DNA of 63,982 bases, counting the filler, from Hyphochytrium catenoides (taxonomy: Eukaryota > Protista > Hyphochytriomycota): the NCBI GenBank assembly GCA_900088475.1. It is 16 parts of 16 records of this genome, joined end to end, with 100 filler letters (N's around TTAATTAATTAA, not from the genome) between each part and the next. Parts side by side here need not be neighbours in the genome. Positions count along the whole stretch, not along the records: positions 28,687 to 38,307 come from FLMG01003149.1; positions 38,408 to 39,910 come from FLMG01000160.1; positions 40,011 to 45,455 come from FLMG01001336.1; positions 45,556 to 46,778 come from FLMG01002105.1; positions 46,879 to 49,784 come from FLMG01001976.1; 11 more parts are not named here. One strand, written 5' to 3'. The notes below the pieces were generated by a model. The model searched no databases, had not been told where the DNA came from, and worked only from the letters and a program-made list of their open reading frames with translations. How positions within the stretch are numbered: the first letter of the stretch is position 1; the number at the start of each line of letters is the position of its first letter. The translations under genes were made by a program, and so were the position numbers. Shown here in pieces: positions 36,316 through 48,546 of the stretch.

Positions 36316-37777
36316 GCGGACTGAAACAGCCGCGAGGGAAGACACGGAGCTTGAAGGAATAGGCAGATCTCACTAGGGTTTCCCTCTTTCCATAGAAGTC
36401 TAGTACTTAGCGCCCGCAGCTGATCATGCCGCTGCGCTCTGCCTATAGTTAACCTCCTATTTATCGGGCCCGACCCAAACTTTTCTAAAGATTATAAACT
36501 TACGAACCCCAGCAGCCAGTAGGACCATCTATGCTGAGCTCAGCAATGCCGCCAGCCTCTCGCCGGCTTGGAGACCAACGGTCACCTCTCATGTCCAGGC
36601 AACAGTGTATCTGCGCCACCTCTTACTCCACTCTATCATCGGAATAGGCTGACGCCGGGCAAGGTCAATATACTATAGAAAGAACATCTTCTTGTCTCAC
36701 ATCCTAGTGCTGACAACTAGCCTGTCCCCTTCTTCTCCGGCCCAGCTATGTGGTGGGTTATCAGAGGTAAGGAATGGCGATCAAGGGATTTGTCGCTGTC
36801 TTGCAGGCACGGCAGCTGCCATCAAATGCTCGTACACCTAGCACCTTGTACAGAGTTCAGTCACCAAGGATCAAGCGCCATCTTCAATAATACCAGTTTG
36901 ACAATAATTCATAATTGTGCTGAGGGAGAGATGTCTTTCACGCTGGACATCAACTTCCTTCTTACATACATACAACTCACTCTCTCTCTCTCTCTCCGCC
37001 GTTGTGCTACAGCTCTTCTTCCTCTACGACCTTTTGCTCGTTTCGAGTCCACGTCTGTTCCCAGTTTGATCTCTCCTTACCGTGCGTTGCTTACTAGTAG
37101 GTTCCGAGACCGTCTTGAGTCGTTTGTCTAAGGAAGCCTTGATCTAAAGATTTCAGGATAATGAAGCACGCTGCCGAACTGGGCTCGCGTCTTTCCCGCT
37201 AGTCGGGAGGCCATTTGAAGGTGCAGGGGCGCGACAGATGCAGCGTGAGGTTGGGCCATTGAGCTCGTCTCATAGAGATTCTTGGCTCTAGCCTTCATAC
37301 CCGCAGAACCTTGCTAAATGATGAGAAACCTGAGCAGTAGGTTCTGTAGGCCGCATGCCTACTCCCCAGAACTTGGATCCCTCCTCCTCCTCGACGAGAG
37401 GAAGAGCTGGAGCGGTCTCTCTCTCTCCATTGCTTTATCTTCTCTTGCCTTGTTCTTCTATTGCTTCCATTCTTTGCTTGCCCCGTTCTCCGCTGCCAGT
37501 GGCTCTTCAGGAAGAGTTGTGCATGACTTCCTAAGAAGCAAAAAGAAGGAAAGGAGGAGACAGAAGATGGTGGTGGCAGTGACAGAGTATAGTAGCAGTT
37601 TTCTTCTCTTTACGATATCTATATGTTTATAGGGCCAATGCGCATAGTAATACTATTGGACCAAATATAGATAGAGTAGTCGGACTGTGAAGAAAGCCAG
37701 AATGAGAAGAGGCTGTCTCAGTTCTCCCTACTCTTCTTGCCTCCTCGGTTCTCTCTCTCTCTCTCTCTTTCTCTCTG

Positions 37778-37829
<52 letters not shown>

Positions 37830-38729
37830 GCTCTTCCTCTCTCCCCCTCCCTCAATCTCGCTTTGTTACTTGCTCATCACTTTCCTATCAGTTGGTGCTA
37901 TTTCTCTTCTGATTGTTGGCGTCGGTCTCTCTCCTCTCTCTCTTCTTCGTTTGCACTTCTCCGCCTCCTCATCTGTTATGTATCTTCATATTTACCGCAG
38001 AACAGTCACTCAGTAGGGAGCAGGCCCACAGCTGCAGGATCACCAGAGAATTGTTCATTAAGCTAGAGACAGGATGACAAAGAGGGTCGTGCTAGCTCCC
38101 GCTGCTGAGAGAGGAAGATCCAAAGAAGATGCCTGGGGCAGCAGGCAGAAGATACGGACGAATGGAACCTCTCTACTACTATTGAGCCCATAGAGATAAC
38201 GAGATCTAGTGACTTGACACTTTGACTGCTTCTCTTTCTCTTCTCTTCTCTTTCTTTCTTCTTTCGTAAGCCCGCCCTTGTTTCTTCCCTCTTCCCCTCC
38301 ACACTCTNNNNNNNNNNNNNNNNNNNNNNNNNNNNNNNNNNNNNNNNNNNNTTAATTAATTAANNNNNNNNNNNNNNNNNNNNNNNNNNNNNNNNNNNNN
38401 NNNNNNNACATTCCTTCAGTCTCTGCCCTCTCTTCTTCCTCCAGTCATCTCGGCCCAGGTGCCTGATGCTTGTCGCCGGGAAGGACGTTACACAGAAAGC
38501 GAAGGGAGCAGAGGATGCATGAGTACACGAATATAAGGGTATGGAAGAGTAGAAGAAGGAACAAAGGAAAAAAGGGGGTTTGTAATCGTTTCTCCCTTGC
38601 TAAACCAAAGCACGGGGCATGCTCATTTTTCTTTGCCTGTGGCAGAGATAGAAGTAGGTGTGAGGGACAACAAGGTGACATACTAAAGTACGAGTAGTGA
38701 AAGGCGTGTAGGACAGAGCAAAACAGTCA

Positions 38730-39281
38730 ATGGATCCTTAGATATCTCAAGTGTACCGAAAAATATGGCCTAACCTTCACAGGTGATAGCCCTGATGCTA
38801 TTTGCGGGGACACAGATGCCGACTGGGCAGGAGATCTGGATGGAGGAAGTCTACCTATGGATTCGTCTTCTTACTAGCAGGAAATGCAGTGATGTGGGCA
38901 TCTAAAAGGCAGAAGTCTGTGGCTCGTTCCAATACAGAAGCCGAATATGTTGGGGCCAATGAGGCTACAAGGGAACTCCTATTGGCTGAAGTAAGGTGCG
39001 AAAGCTCTCGGAGTTGGTAAGGACTCTCCTCTAGTCCTTCACGAGGACAATCAAGGGCCTATTTCTCTAGCTAAGGAGGAGAGCCACAAGGGGCGGACTA
39101 AGCATCGTGATGTGAGATATCACTTTGTGCGTGAGTGTGTTCAATCTGGATTGGTTCAGCTTCTCTAATGCCGCATGGAAGAGATGATCGCTGACACATG
39201 TTGACGAAGGCATTGTCCCGGTCAATCATCCGCCGACATTGTCATGCATTCAAGGTGGGAGACCTCTGACGCGAAGAGGGG
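38730..39281 (+). mobile_element. Ty1/copia pol 3' remnant (RT end + RNase H) with polypurine tract
   Basis: ILRYLK, TDADWAGDLDG(R)KSTYGFVF…WASKRQKSVARSNTEAEYVG, EDNQG, RTKHRDVRYHFVRE, MIAD(.)LTKAL, with frameshifts and a stop. GAAGAGGGG (39273-39281) is followed by TTTGTAG, a probable LTR start. Confidence 0.9.
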
Positions 39282-41053
39282 TTTGTAGCTTAGTGAGTAC
39301 AGGTCACGTCAGAGGCTACTATGGAGATGCCACTGGTCAACTTGTAATGGATCAGGAGAGAAGCCGTTGCCTACCTACCCTCAAGGCCCTTAGTCAAGCA
39401 AAACGATGAAGGCGATCCATCGCAGTTTGGCGTCTGTCGGGAAGCCCATGCGTCTCAGAAAGACATTTCCTGCGTAGTTAGTGAGGTCAGGGAACACTCT
39501 ACCTGTCTATCAAGGGGTGACTACTCGACTCTGGCATAGGAAGCATTACGCTAGGGTCGCCTCTGCGTCTCTTATGGACATTCTCTCGTATTCTGAAGGG
39601 AGATTTGTCAACAGTCCCTGTGCTGTGCTGACAAATCTGTTTGAAGAGTTAGACTTGATGAAAGCTTGTATCTCTAACTAGACTCTCTTATTAGGAGAGG
39701 TCCGATAAATCCCAATGAACCGTACTTGAGAAACAGACAGATAGCGTGCAAATGAATCTCCACATCAGTGACTAGCGAGAACAAACTCTGTGCTACACAG
39801 CTCATAGTCTCAACTTTGTTCTCTCTCTAAAGTAACATATAAAATAGTGTAAATAAGTCGACCCCAATGATTCAAGTTGGGGTAGAAGAGTTAGGAGCGT
39901 GAAAATGAGTNNNNNNNNNNNNNNNNNNNNNNNNNNNNNNNNNNNNNNNNNNNNTTAATTAATTAANNNNNNNNNNNNNNNNNNNNNNNNNNNNNNNNNN
40001 NNNNNNNNNNCCGAATCTCTGTCCTCTTGCAACGTTGCAATGCAGAGATGGTCTTTCATCGGATGCCGCTGCCTGCGCAGATCGAGAATGCGGTCCTGGG
40101 TCAGCTTCCTGGAGCTGTTGCTGGAGGTCTTCTCTAGTAGACAGAAGCGGTGAGTCTATGTTAGCTGCATAAAGTCTACAAGTAGTAGTTTAGTTAGTCA
40201 CTCCACCCTATTCAAGTTTCCCCTACTAAGAATTATAGAAATATGATGAAGACCAAACTAACTGTCAAAAGGACGTACTACTGATTAGACCGACCAACAA
40301 TAATTACTATGTACTACTACTAAAGTGCCACCACCAATAGTCTTCTTCTTCTTCTCTCTTTAGCTCCATCTATGAGAGGAACATCTATGAGAGGATATCA
40401 ACACATATCCAGCGCTGTAAATGCACCGATGGTGCGCCGTCACCTTCCTTTGCCACGGGCAATTCGCGGGGATGTTCTACAGCAACAGCAACAACTGCAG
40501 CAGCTGCTGCGACGACGGAGGAGAGGTGGAGCCGCAGTCCAAGAGGTTTTAGTATACTAGCTCCTAGACGGAATCCACAGGAGCCAAGGACCAAGACGGC
40601 CTAAGACTGTAGGAATAGTTGTGATTTGTCTAATAACCCCAGGGAGCACCTTTATAAGAGTTAGGGTTAGGGTTAGACATAAGGTTATTAGGACATAGAG
40701 ATTTGTAGTATAAAAGAAAAATAGTCGGTCAATAAAGTAGACAACAGGAACTGGTACTGGAGATAAAGAGTTGTGCCACTAAGTCGCCCAGCTACCATCA
40801 CGCCCATCTCTAATATTAACTGTATGAGCTATATTGCTGGGTGAATAATTAGAGCACATCACCCGTTTTCCGCCACAGCAAGACGATTCTGATGCTTGGC
40901 CCGTGTTAATAGCCTGACAAGTGGCACCGCTTTTCCACACCCGACAACAGAAACAAAGTAACACCCCGAAAACTATGGGGTTTGCCGTAGCATGGGCGTA
41001 TAAGTGGCACAACCCTTGACCCCGCCCTGCCCTAACCCTAACCCTGGTGGACA

Positions 41054-41457
41054 CTAGCCAGTGCTAGAGAACAGAGCAAGAAAAGCAGGAGAGGGGAGGG
41101 AGAGAGAGACGGTAAGGAAGAGAGAAACGGAGCACGAGCAGAAGACACGGATTCGAGAGAGGCGAAGAGAGGAAGACCGCGAGAGCCAGACCGATAGAGA
41201 GGAAGAACATGAAAAAAAAGATAAAGCAAACAGTCGTCTACTAGGAAGGGCTAGCCAGTGCTAGAGAATAGAGCAAGAAAAGCGGGAGAGGGGAGGGAGA
41301 GAGAGACGGTAAGGAAGAGACAAACGGAGCACGAGCACAAGACATGCCTAGCGACTAGAGGCGAAGAGAAGAAGACCGCGAGAGCCAGACCGATAGAGAG
41401 GAAGAACATGAAAAAACAAAGATAAGGCAAACAGTGGTCTAGAACTACTAGGAAGGG
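41054..41457. repeat. Tandem duplication of a ~200-bp unit
   Basis: CTAGCCAGTGCTAGAGAA…CTACTAGGAAGG occurs at 41054-41250 and again at 41251-41457 with few differences. Confidence 0.9.
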
Positions 41458-42228
41458 GTCAACCCGCTTGGGTCAACAACCTAGAGATGGTCTGTCTGAA
41501 GCCTGTCATTTGAGAGCAGAATGGACTTCTGTTTTATGGCCCCTCTTGGAGAGAACATTAGAGCAACCGGCCAAACGAGGGATAACCGGCCATTATAAAT
41601 AAGGCACACCCTAGTCACTCTTGAGTGAGTTCCTGTTCTGCGTAATAAAGGGCAATCAACCATCATATAATAAAGAAAACACGTCTTCCCTCTCTTCTTT
41701 ACTTCGTCTTAGTAAGGTTATAGGCTTTTGTCGTGTCAAGGAAAACCAAGAGGAAGAGGGACGAATATACTCTAGGTAGACTGGCACATTTATTTACAAG
41801 TAGTCAAAAGAGAGAAAGCACTAGCCAACATACGTGCATGGAATGACAGAAAGAAATAGACAACAAACAAAGCGAGGGCGAAAAGAGTGAGCGATCCAGG
41901 TGCTGCTGGCATATATACGGAGTTCATTATTTTTATCATTGTACGTGAACTGTACTGACCACTACTGCCAGAGCCCAACAATTCATAGAACTACCTATTA
42001 GGCTTGTCGGCAGCCTTTCTCTCTCCTTGTTCCGACTTTAGACCTCCCTTCCCTTCTTGGTTGCCCTTTTGTTTCAGAGAGAAAGGGCGACGATGATAGA
42101 GACAAAAGAAGAAGAGAAGGGCAAGACGTTCATAGAAAGCAGCAATGTGGGTGAGAGAGAGTGAGAGAGTGAGAGAGTGTGTGGGAGAGAGAGAAGAGAG
42201 ACTGCGAGAGCCAGAGAGAAACTATATA

Positions 42229-42272
<44 letters not shown>

Positions 42273-42484
42273 CAGAGCCCTCCAGCGATGACCTGTCCAT
42301 ACTTCTCATTTCTTCTATCACCTCACTTTCAAAGTTGCCTCCTCGGTTCCACTGCCAAACCCACAACTCCAATTCTCTCTCTCTCGTCCCAGGCCAAACG
42401 TAAGACAGGAACAACTTAATCAGGAAAGGAAACAAGCCACCCGTGAAGGAGTTGAGAACTCGACAACCATCTCACTTGAGAGGG

Positions 42485-43369
42485 ATGAAGTTTCCAGCAT
42501 TCTTTCTTGGTTTCGTCCTCACCACGGCCTTCCAATGTCAATCCCTCTTCTCACTTGCCGAAGAAGCAGAGAAGACGGAGAAAAGCGCTCTGCGAAGACG
42601 AGGGATGGTAGAAGACGCCAAGGACGCAGACAGCCCCAGCGACCACCCCAGAAGAAGTACTATGAGTAGCGAAGAAGGTGGCCTTTTTAACCTAGCAGAC
42701 GACGTTACTGCTGCTCTTCATCATCCCCCGAGAAACGGGAACAGTAGCCGAAAGCTCATCGAGGAGAGGTGCAGAGATCCTCAAGGTTATACGGTGAATA
42801 ACCAGATTGACAGATGGGGAGTGATGGGCGATTGTCATAATGATCCTCTTGAAGGCAGGAAAGGTCCTAACGGATACATCGCACTCTCTGAACATGTTTG
42901 CTGGGGCAATAAGCAGCCTGACCCCAGAAAGGGTTACAGCGGAAAGAATGTGATCATTGAATTTTATGAGAAGGATGTCAGAGGGAAGTGTATCAACCTG
43001 GTCGGCTGCGACAGGATCCGCCAATATAGTAACCTCGCTTCCTCCGCATATTGGCGCATAAGCGACGTCCACTGCAACGATGTTATTAGGTTCTATTCTA
43101 AGGGGAACTGCCAAGGATCTTCTAAGGACTGGAAAATTGCAATCAAATACTTCCCGTGGAACTTCGTTGAGGACGGGATCAACGATATCGTCTCTTCCTT
43201 CATGATCCTGAATCGTCCGGACGACGTCAAAGCCGACGACGTCAAACCCAGGCAATCGGTTTGCCCTAAGTTTTCCTTGATAAATAGTAGAGACACCTAT
43301 ACCTTCAGCGACCAGTATGGCCAAGAGATATACACTGTCGGAAGGTTGAAAGAAGAACAGCACCAGTAA
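42485..43369 (+). CDS. Secreted Cys-rich protein with a betagamma-crystallin-like (Greek key) C-terminal region, intronless
   Basis: Signal peptide MKFPAFFLGFVLTTAFQCQS, a charged pro-region ending at RKL, then IEFYEKDVRGKC…NLASSAYW and IRFYSKGNCQG…INDIVSSFMI, which resemble the crystallin F/Y-x4-F/Y-x-G and (N/D)(N/D)xxSS motifs. Confidence 0.65.
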   Translation: MKFPAFFLGFVLTTAFQCQSLFSLAEEAEKTEKSALRRRGMVEDAKDADSPSDHPRRSTMSSEEGGLFNLADDVTAALHHPPRNGNSSRKLIEERCRDPQGYTVNNQIDRWGVMGDCHNDPLEGRKGPNGYIALSEHVCWGNKQPDPRKGYSGKNVIIEFYEKDVRGKCINLVGCDRIRQYSNLASSAYWRISDVHCNDVIRFYSKGNCQGSSKDWKIAIKYFPWNFVEDGINDIVSSFMILNRPDDVKADDVKPRQSVCPKFSLINSRDTYTFSDQYGQEIYTVGRLKEEQHQ

Positions 43370-43879
43370 ACGCCAGCCCTGAATGGAGAGAGGGCCCAAA
43401 GGAGTAATTCCTCTTCCGCAGCTCTTGCCTGTCTGATCGAGGTTAGTGATGTTGCTCTCGACGCTACGTCCTCTTCCGCTATTGCGGAGAAGTTCAACTA
43501 TGATTCCTCCTCTTCCGATAACGATAGAGGAGGAAGAGAGGAGCGAGTTGAAGAGGAGATCAGGACTTTGTAGCTCTTGTCTCTTCTTATTCGTCTTTCT
43601 CATCTCTGGAGCTTTTGTCTCTTCGTCTTCCTCGTCTTTTGCTTCTTCTTAGTGGTAGTAGGCTTATAGCTCACCCTAACCTTGCTTGAAATAAAGTTCC
43701 TTTGCTTGGCAGCCACCTGCTGCTTCCCTTTCTGCTCCCCTATCTCCTTCGTCTCCTAGCTCTTCTTCTTTAGCTTCTTCTTCTCTAGCACCCGTCCTTC
43801 CTCCTGTCTCAGTGGCTAGTAGGAGTTTCCCGTCTTCTTCTCCTTCTCGATCCTTCTGCTGTTTCTTCTGCTCCTACAG

Positions 43880-44730
43880 GGTCTGTGCTGCCCTCTCCGC
43901 CTCTTCAACCCGCTTCTGAGTCTTCTCCCATCCCGTCTACCGGGACCCATGTCGTTCCTCCTGGTCCCTGGTCTGACTCTCAGCCTGGACTTCTCTCGAT
44001 TCTCATGACTGACATCCCCTCTCTCATCTCCTACTACGTGACCGCAGCTGCTCGGCCTGGACTTTGCTCTTCCCTTTTCCGATCTTGCGCTTGACTGGCC
44101 TCGGGGTGGAAGCCGCACTAGCCACGCTCGTTCTGCGAAGACCTTTAAACTTTTCATGGACTGTCTTGTTCCTCGGCATGAAGAAGGAGATTATGCTGCA
44201 CTGACGGCAGAGGCGTTGCAGGAAGCGGTATATGCTCGCACCAGACCCAGGACGGAGATTCGACGCCAGGTCAACTGTCCTCCACGATTCTCGAAAGGCC
44301 ATAACGGTATGCAGAGCAAGGCCTTCGTTCTAAGGCTGTGATGCAGGCTTTGGTCTTTCTTGGACACCATTCGGTATGCAGAGTGGCGGGAGATGGTTTC
44401 CTGACCTCCTCTTCTTGCATACTTAGTACCTCGATGATGGCACCTTGAGGGAACGGCATGCTTTCTGTTCTGCAGGCTCTCAACCTCCTCACTACTAATG
44501 ATCTCTCCCCTTTGTTTGGACTGTCTCTGGAAGACTTTAGCGCCGTGATTAAGGCGCCTCTCCCTTCCAGAGTTGAGCTGCTTGGCGCCCCTATTGTCGG
44601 CTCCCCCGGTTTTCTTTCTTCCTTCATGTCTTCTCTGTTAACTCGCCCTCTTTCTATTGACTCCCTCCTCCTTGACCAGGTTGATGGGGATCTCCGGTGT
44701 AAGGGCTGTCTAAGCATGGTCTCAAAATAA
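43880..44730 (+). mobile_element. Decayed CRE-like non-LTR retrotransposon ORF fragments
   Basis: Fragments AEQGLRSKAVMQAL (pre-RT helix typical of RLE-type LINEs) and VELLGAPIVGSPGFL (post-YxDD LLG.PIG motif), with internal stops, frameshifts and an apparent deletion of the RT core. Confidence 0.45.
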
Positions 44731-45555
44731 CCACCACCTTCTCCGCACTTGTTCCCCGGCTCTTATGGCTGAAAAGCTGCGTGGTGACTTTCTTTGACTT
44801 GTGGTGCTCACGAGACAGTAAGAGTATGAACGGAGAAAGGAGAGAAGAGATGGAGAAGACCACTTGGGCACCAAGATGCAGCCTACCGAACAGGCGGCCT
44901 AGAGAAGAACAGAAGATAGCTTTTGGTCTGCTGGTCAGTGAATAACAATATTAGAAATAAGCCGCTGACAACAAACCACGTGATGAGGAGCAACAAAGGC
45001 TCACTCTAGACAACGAGAGATCTCTCTCCTCACGAGTTGGTTGAGTTCAGATCATCACGACTTGGATGTCTTCGCGCTACAAGAGTCGCCCACCATAAAG
45101 ACATCCTGTCCTGTCTTGTCACTACTATATTCATCCTCCTTCCATTCGTTGGTATGAGAAAACGTAGGGCAAATCTGTTGAACATCGCGACTCCTCTCGT
45201 CCTGGGAGGTTCAGGGTCATGAAGGAAGAGACTGATGCCGTCCTTACGGAGATCGTAGGGGAAGTACTCGATCGCGATCTTCCACTCCTTATAAGATCCT
45301 TGGCAGTTCCCATTAGGATAGTGATAACATGGGGAGAAGGAGGAGGAGGAGGTGAACCATCAACCACAATGTCATCATCAGCAACTTCGAACGCCGTGAG
45401 GCAAGCCAAAGAAGGGTCCAACTGCTCAAGAGGAATACGCTTCAAAATCTGAAGCNNNNNNNNNNNNNNNNNNNNNNNNNNNNNNNNNNNNNNNNNNNNT
45501 TAATTAATTAANNNNNNNNNNNNNNNNNNNNNNNNNNNNNNNNNNNNNNNNNNNN

Positions 45556-45847
45556 CCTTTCCTAAAAAGCCTAGATAAGACCAAAGTAAAAGAACAACCA
45601 CAAGGAGTCAGATGAAAGAACGTGAGAGAAAAGTTTGATCCTCAACAGCTTCCTCTGTCTTGGGAACATATGAGTAGGATTCTTTCTTGTCCAGCGCTAT
45701 CAGCTCAGGTTGAAAGACCTTCCAACAGGTCTCCTTCCGGAGGAAGTGCTCCATCTCATATGCCCAATCCCGGTAATTGTCAAAACTGAGCTTCTCTACG
45801 GCAAAGGCGCCCTTAGAGGTCGAGAAAGTGAGCTTCGTGCTATCCAT
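45556..45847 (-). mobile_element. Ty1/copia gag N-terminus (DUF4219-like), truncated or frameshifted
   Basis: VEKLSFDNYRDWAYEMEHFLRKETCWKVF matches the copia gag N-terminal pattern (KL.G.NY..W...M...L....LW). The upstream region (~45900-46318) begins TGTTAC on the minus strand and may be the 5' LTR. Confidence 0.75.
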
Positions 45848-46878
45848 GGTGATCGCAGTGTACGCTATGAATAGAACTTAAGCGTGGGCTGTAATACCCT
45901 TTAGCTGAGTGCTGTTCTTCTGGAACTTGATGAAGGATTAGTTTGTGAGCTAGTGCTCTTTAACTGATAACTCTAGCTACATGATGACCCTTCACCAACA
46001 AGTGCCATCATCTACATCACCAATAAGCCTAACTAAACTCACACAGCTGAGCTCCTCTGAGTCTCTAAGAAGTCCTTCCTTAGCCAGAGAGAGACAAGAA
46101 GGGAGGAGGAGTACAAGATATAAAACCCAAGAGCACCTATCTCCTATCCTCAGCCAGGCAGCAGAAAGCCAGTTCCTCTATCGTCTCCATGTGCTTGCAG
46201 CCACAGGTTCCCAAGAGATGATGCTACAATGCCACAATTTCCTGAGAGATGATGCTGCAATAAGTTCAGCACCACAACTCCTACCACCGCCATATAGTCG
46301 TGACTCACTCTCGTAACATACTTCCCTTGCACTTTGCTGTCCTATTGACTTGTTTACACTGCTTTACATGCGTTGACCAACCGCACTCCATTGTTTTCCT
46401 TACACTTACTCCCTATTCCTGTTTTACTCTGCTTATTCTCAACGAACTCCGTCTTCTGCGCAAATCCTTTCTGATGCCTTGTTTCCACCTTACTCTTCGT
46501 CTTTATCTCTCTTTCACCTTATTCGCAACTGCCCCCCCACTATCTTTCCATTCCTTAAATTGCACTCAACTGGCTGGTCTTCTTCACTCTAGACATTCTT
46601 GCGAACATCATCCTCCCCACCAATTTTTGATGCTTTATCTCTCCCTTTATCTTCGTCCTTGTCTGTCTTTCCCTCTATTTAAAAGAGCTGCTCGCCGATT
46701 ACTTTTCCAACTTGAACATGATCTCTTTGTTAATTCCGTCCGCTGGACTCTTTTGTTCCTGTGGTACACGCATCTCAANNNNNNNNNNNNNNNNNNNNNN
46801 NNNNNNNNNNNNNNNNNNNNNNTTAATTAATTAANNNNNNNNNNNNNNNNNNNNNNNNNNNNNNNNNNNNNNNNNNNN

Positions 46879-48546
46879 GAGTAGACGGTGCTCGTGGACT
46901 CGAAGACCTGAAGAGGGAGGACATACGGAAACAGAAGAATACAGGCCGCAAGGCAGATCAGAATGAGAAGGGAAACCAGACCCACAAACGACCCTAGTAG
47001 CAAAGATAGATAGCCGACATATAAGAGGTTTTTTCTCTCTCTTGCTCTCTCCTCTCCCTCCAACTCTTTACTTCTATTAGGCTTTTTTGGCCCTCCGCCA
47101 ATCATCCTCTTCTGCTCCATGTAAGTTCAGAATAGATGCTGCTTACCACTCCCTCCTTCTCTCTTATTACGATCGTCTTCGAGTCTCCAACGGTGAACGA
47201 GTGAAGTTGTAAGGAGGGTACGTCAATGTACGCCACAGAGAGAGTGGTGCTCATGGTGTTCAGGGACTGAAACTAGAGCCAGAGTGACAAGAAAGACGGA
47301 CGAGGGATGGAGGGACGTGAGATGCGCGAGGGTTGGGCCGCCAGGGGAGGGGAGGGAAAGGAAGAGAGTGGAAGGTACTGTGAGAATCGGCAAAGGCCAG
47401 CGGTTAGGATAGTAGCGAAGGATAGTAGAGAAAGAAAGAAGACAATATATTGCAAGGTCTATCAATATATCCATAGCTGATTCTCACCGCATCAAACTGC
47501 ATGGCTGCCCCCGGCCCAGAATTAAGGTCCTCCCTCTTTTCTCCTCCTTCTCAACCCCGTCCTCACTATCTACCCACAACCTCATTCCCTTTTCTCAACT
47601 TTTCTCTTCTTCGACTTCGCTCTTTTCCCGTCCCTTGTCTGGTGCTATCAGCACACGGTGCTCCCCAATTCCCGTCCAATTTCCCCGGAGCACTGGTCCA
47701 CACTCATCTCTTGCTGTCGGCTCACCCCACAACCGAGAGCTTCTCTCCTACCTGAATGTGCGCACTGTCTATCCCACGCAGAATCGCCTGTTTCAGCTGC
47801 TCCGTCAGCGATCTTCTGCGGCTCCAACTCCGCCTGAAACTCCGAAGACTGGACTGCACGCTTTCCATCACGGCTCGAGCAAAGGGCCCGGACTACAAGG
47901 AGAAGGATGGGGAGTACTGAATGGGATTGAAGGACAATGAAAAGACAAATATCGACTCCAGAGACGTAGAAGAGGTCAGACGCATGAGAGACGGCTGGAC
48001 TGCCGAGGAGAGTTAAGGCCATAACTGCCAGGATGAGCTTAGGAAGAAGGAGGTGCAAGCGAGAGAAGGGCAAGGAAGCACCCTGTCAGCTGGTAAGGTA
48101 AAAGGACATCCCTGACAACGACAGGGTCAAAGAAGGGAAAGCGATTTGCGAGGAGATTGGAAGGGGAGAAGAGAGAGACATACCGACTCTCTCGTCCCGC
48201 CGACACCATCGCAGACAACGTGAAAGTGCGGTCCCAGTCCCACAGCGTCGTCCCCATGATCGTCCATCGGCGTCTCATTGCAGCCGTTCTCCAATACGAT
48301 CCGAGGCACTGAGGAGTTCTTTCTCTTCCTTTTCTGTTGATCTCTCTCCCCCTCTGGAGCCAAGTCTTCACCTTCCAGCGATCTCTCTTTCCAAACCGCA
48401 CTATAGAAGCGAGAGACACTTGCGCGGAAGAGATAACTAAACTTCTTCTTCTCGGGCCCAGGAGAAGAAAAGGAGGACGTCAGACATGGAGAAGGAGGAG
48501 GGAAGTCTGTCAAAGAGAGAGCGCGCGGCTTTGGTCGGCCTTGCAT
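46879..48546 (-). CDS. PTC7-type PP2C (PPM) protein phosphatase, exons ~48546-48184, 47892-47752, 47272-47147, 46907-46879; 3'-truncated
   Basis: The spliced frame gives HGDDAVG…VVCDGVGGTRES|SGPFARAVM…|FQSLNTMSTTLSVAYID…LHSFTVGDSKTIVIRE…|VFES. These match PTC7 motifs GEDA, VADGVGG, GSST, NLGDSG. The start codon is uncertain. Confidence 0.8.

Noticed and set aside
42692-43603. 303-aa minus-strand ORF
   Set aside because: It is the antisense shadow of the secreted protein at 42485-43369 and has no independent features.
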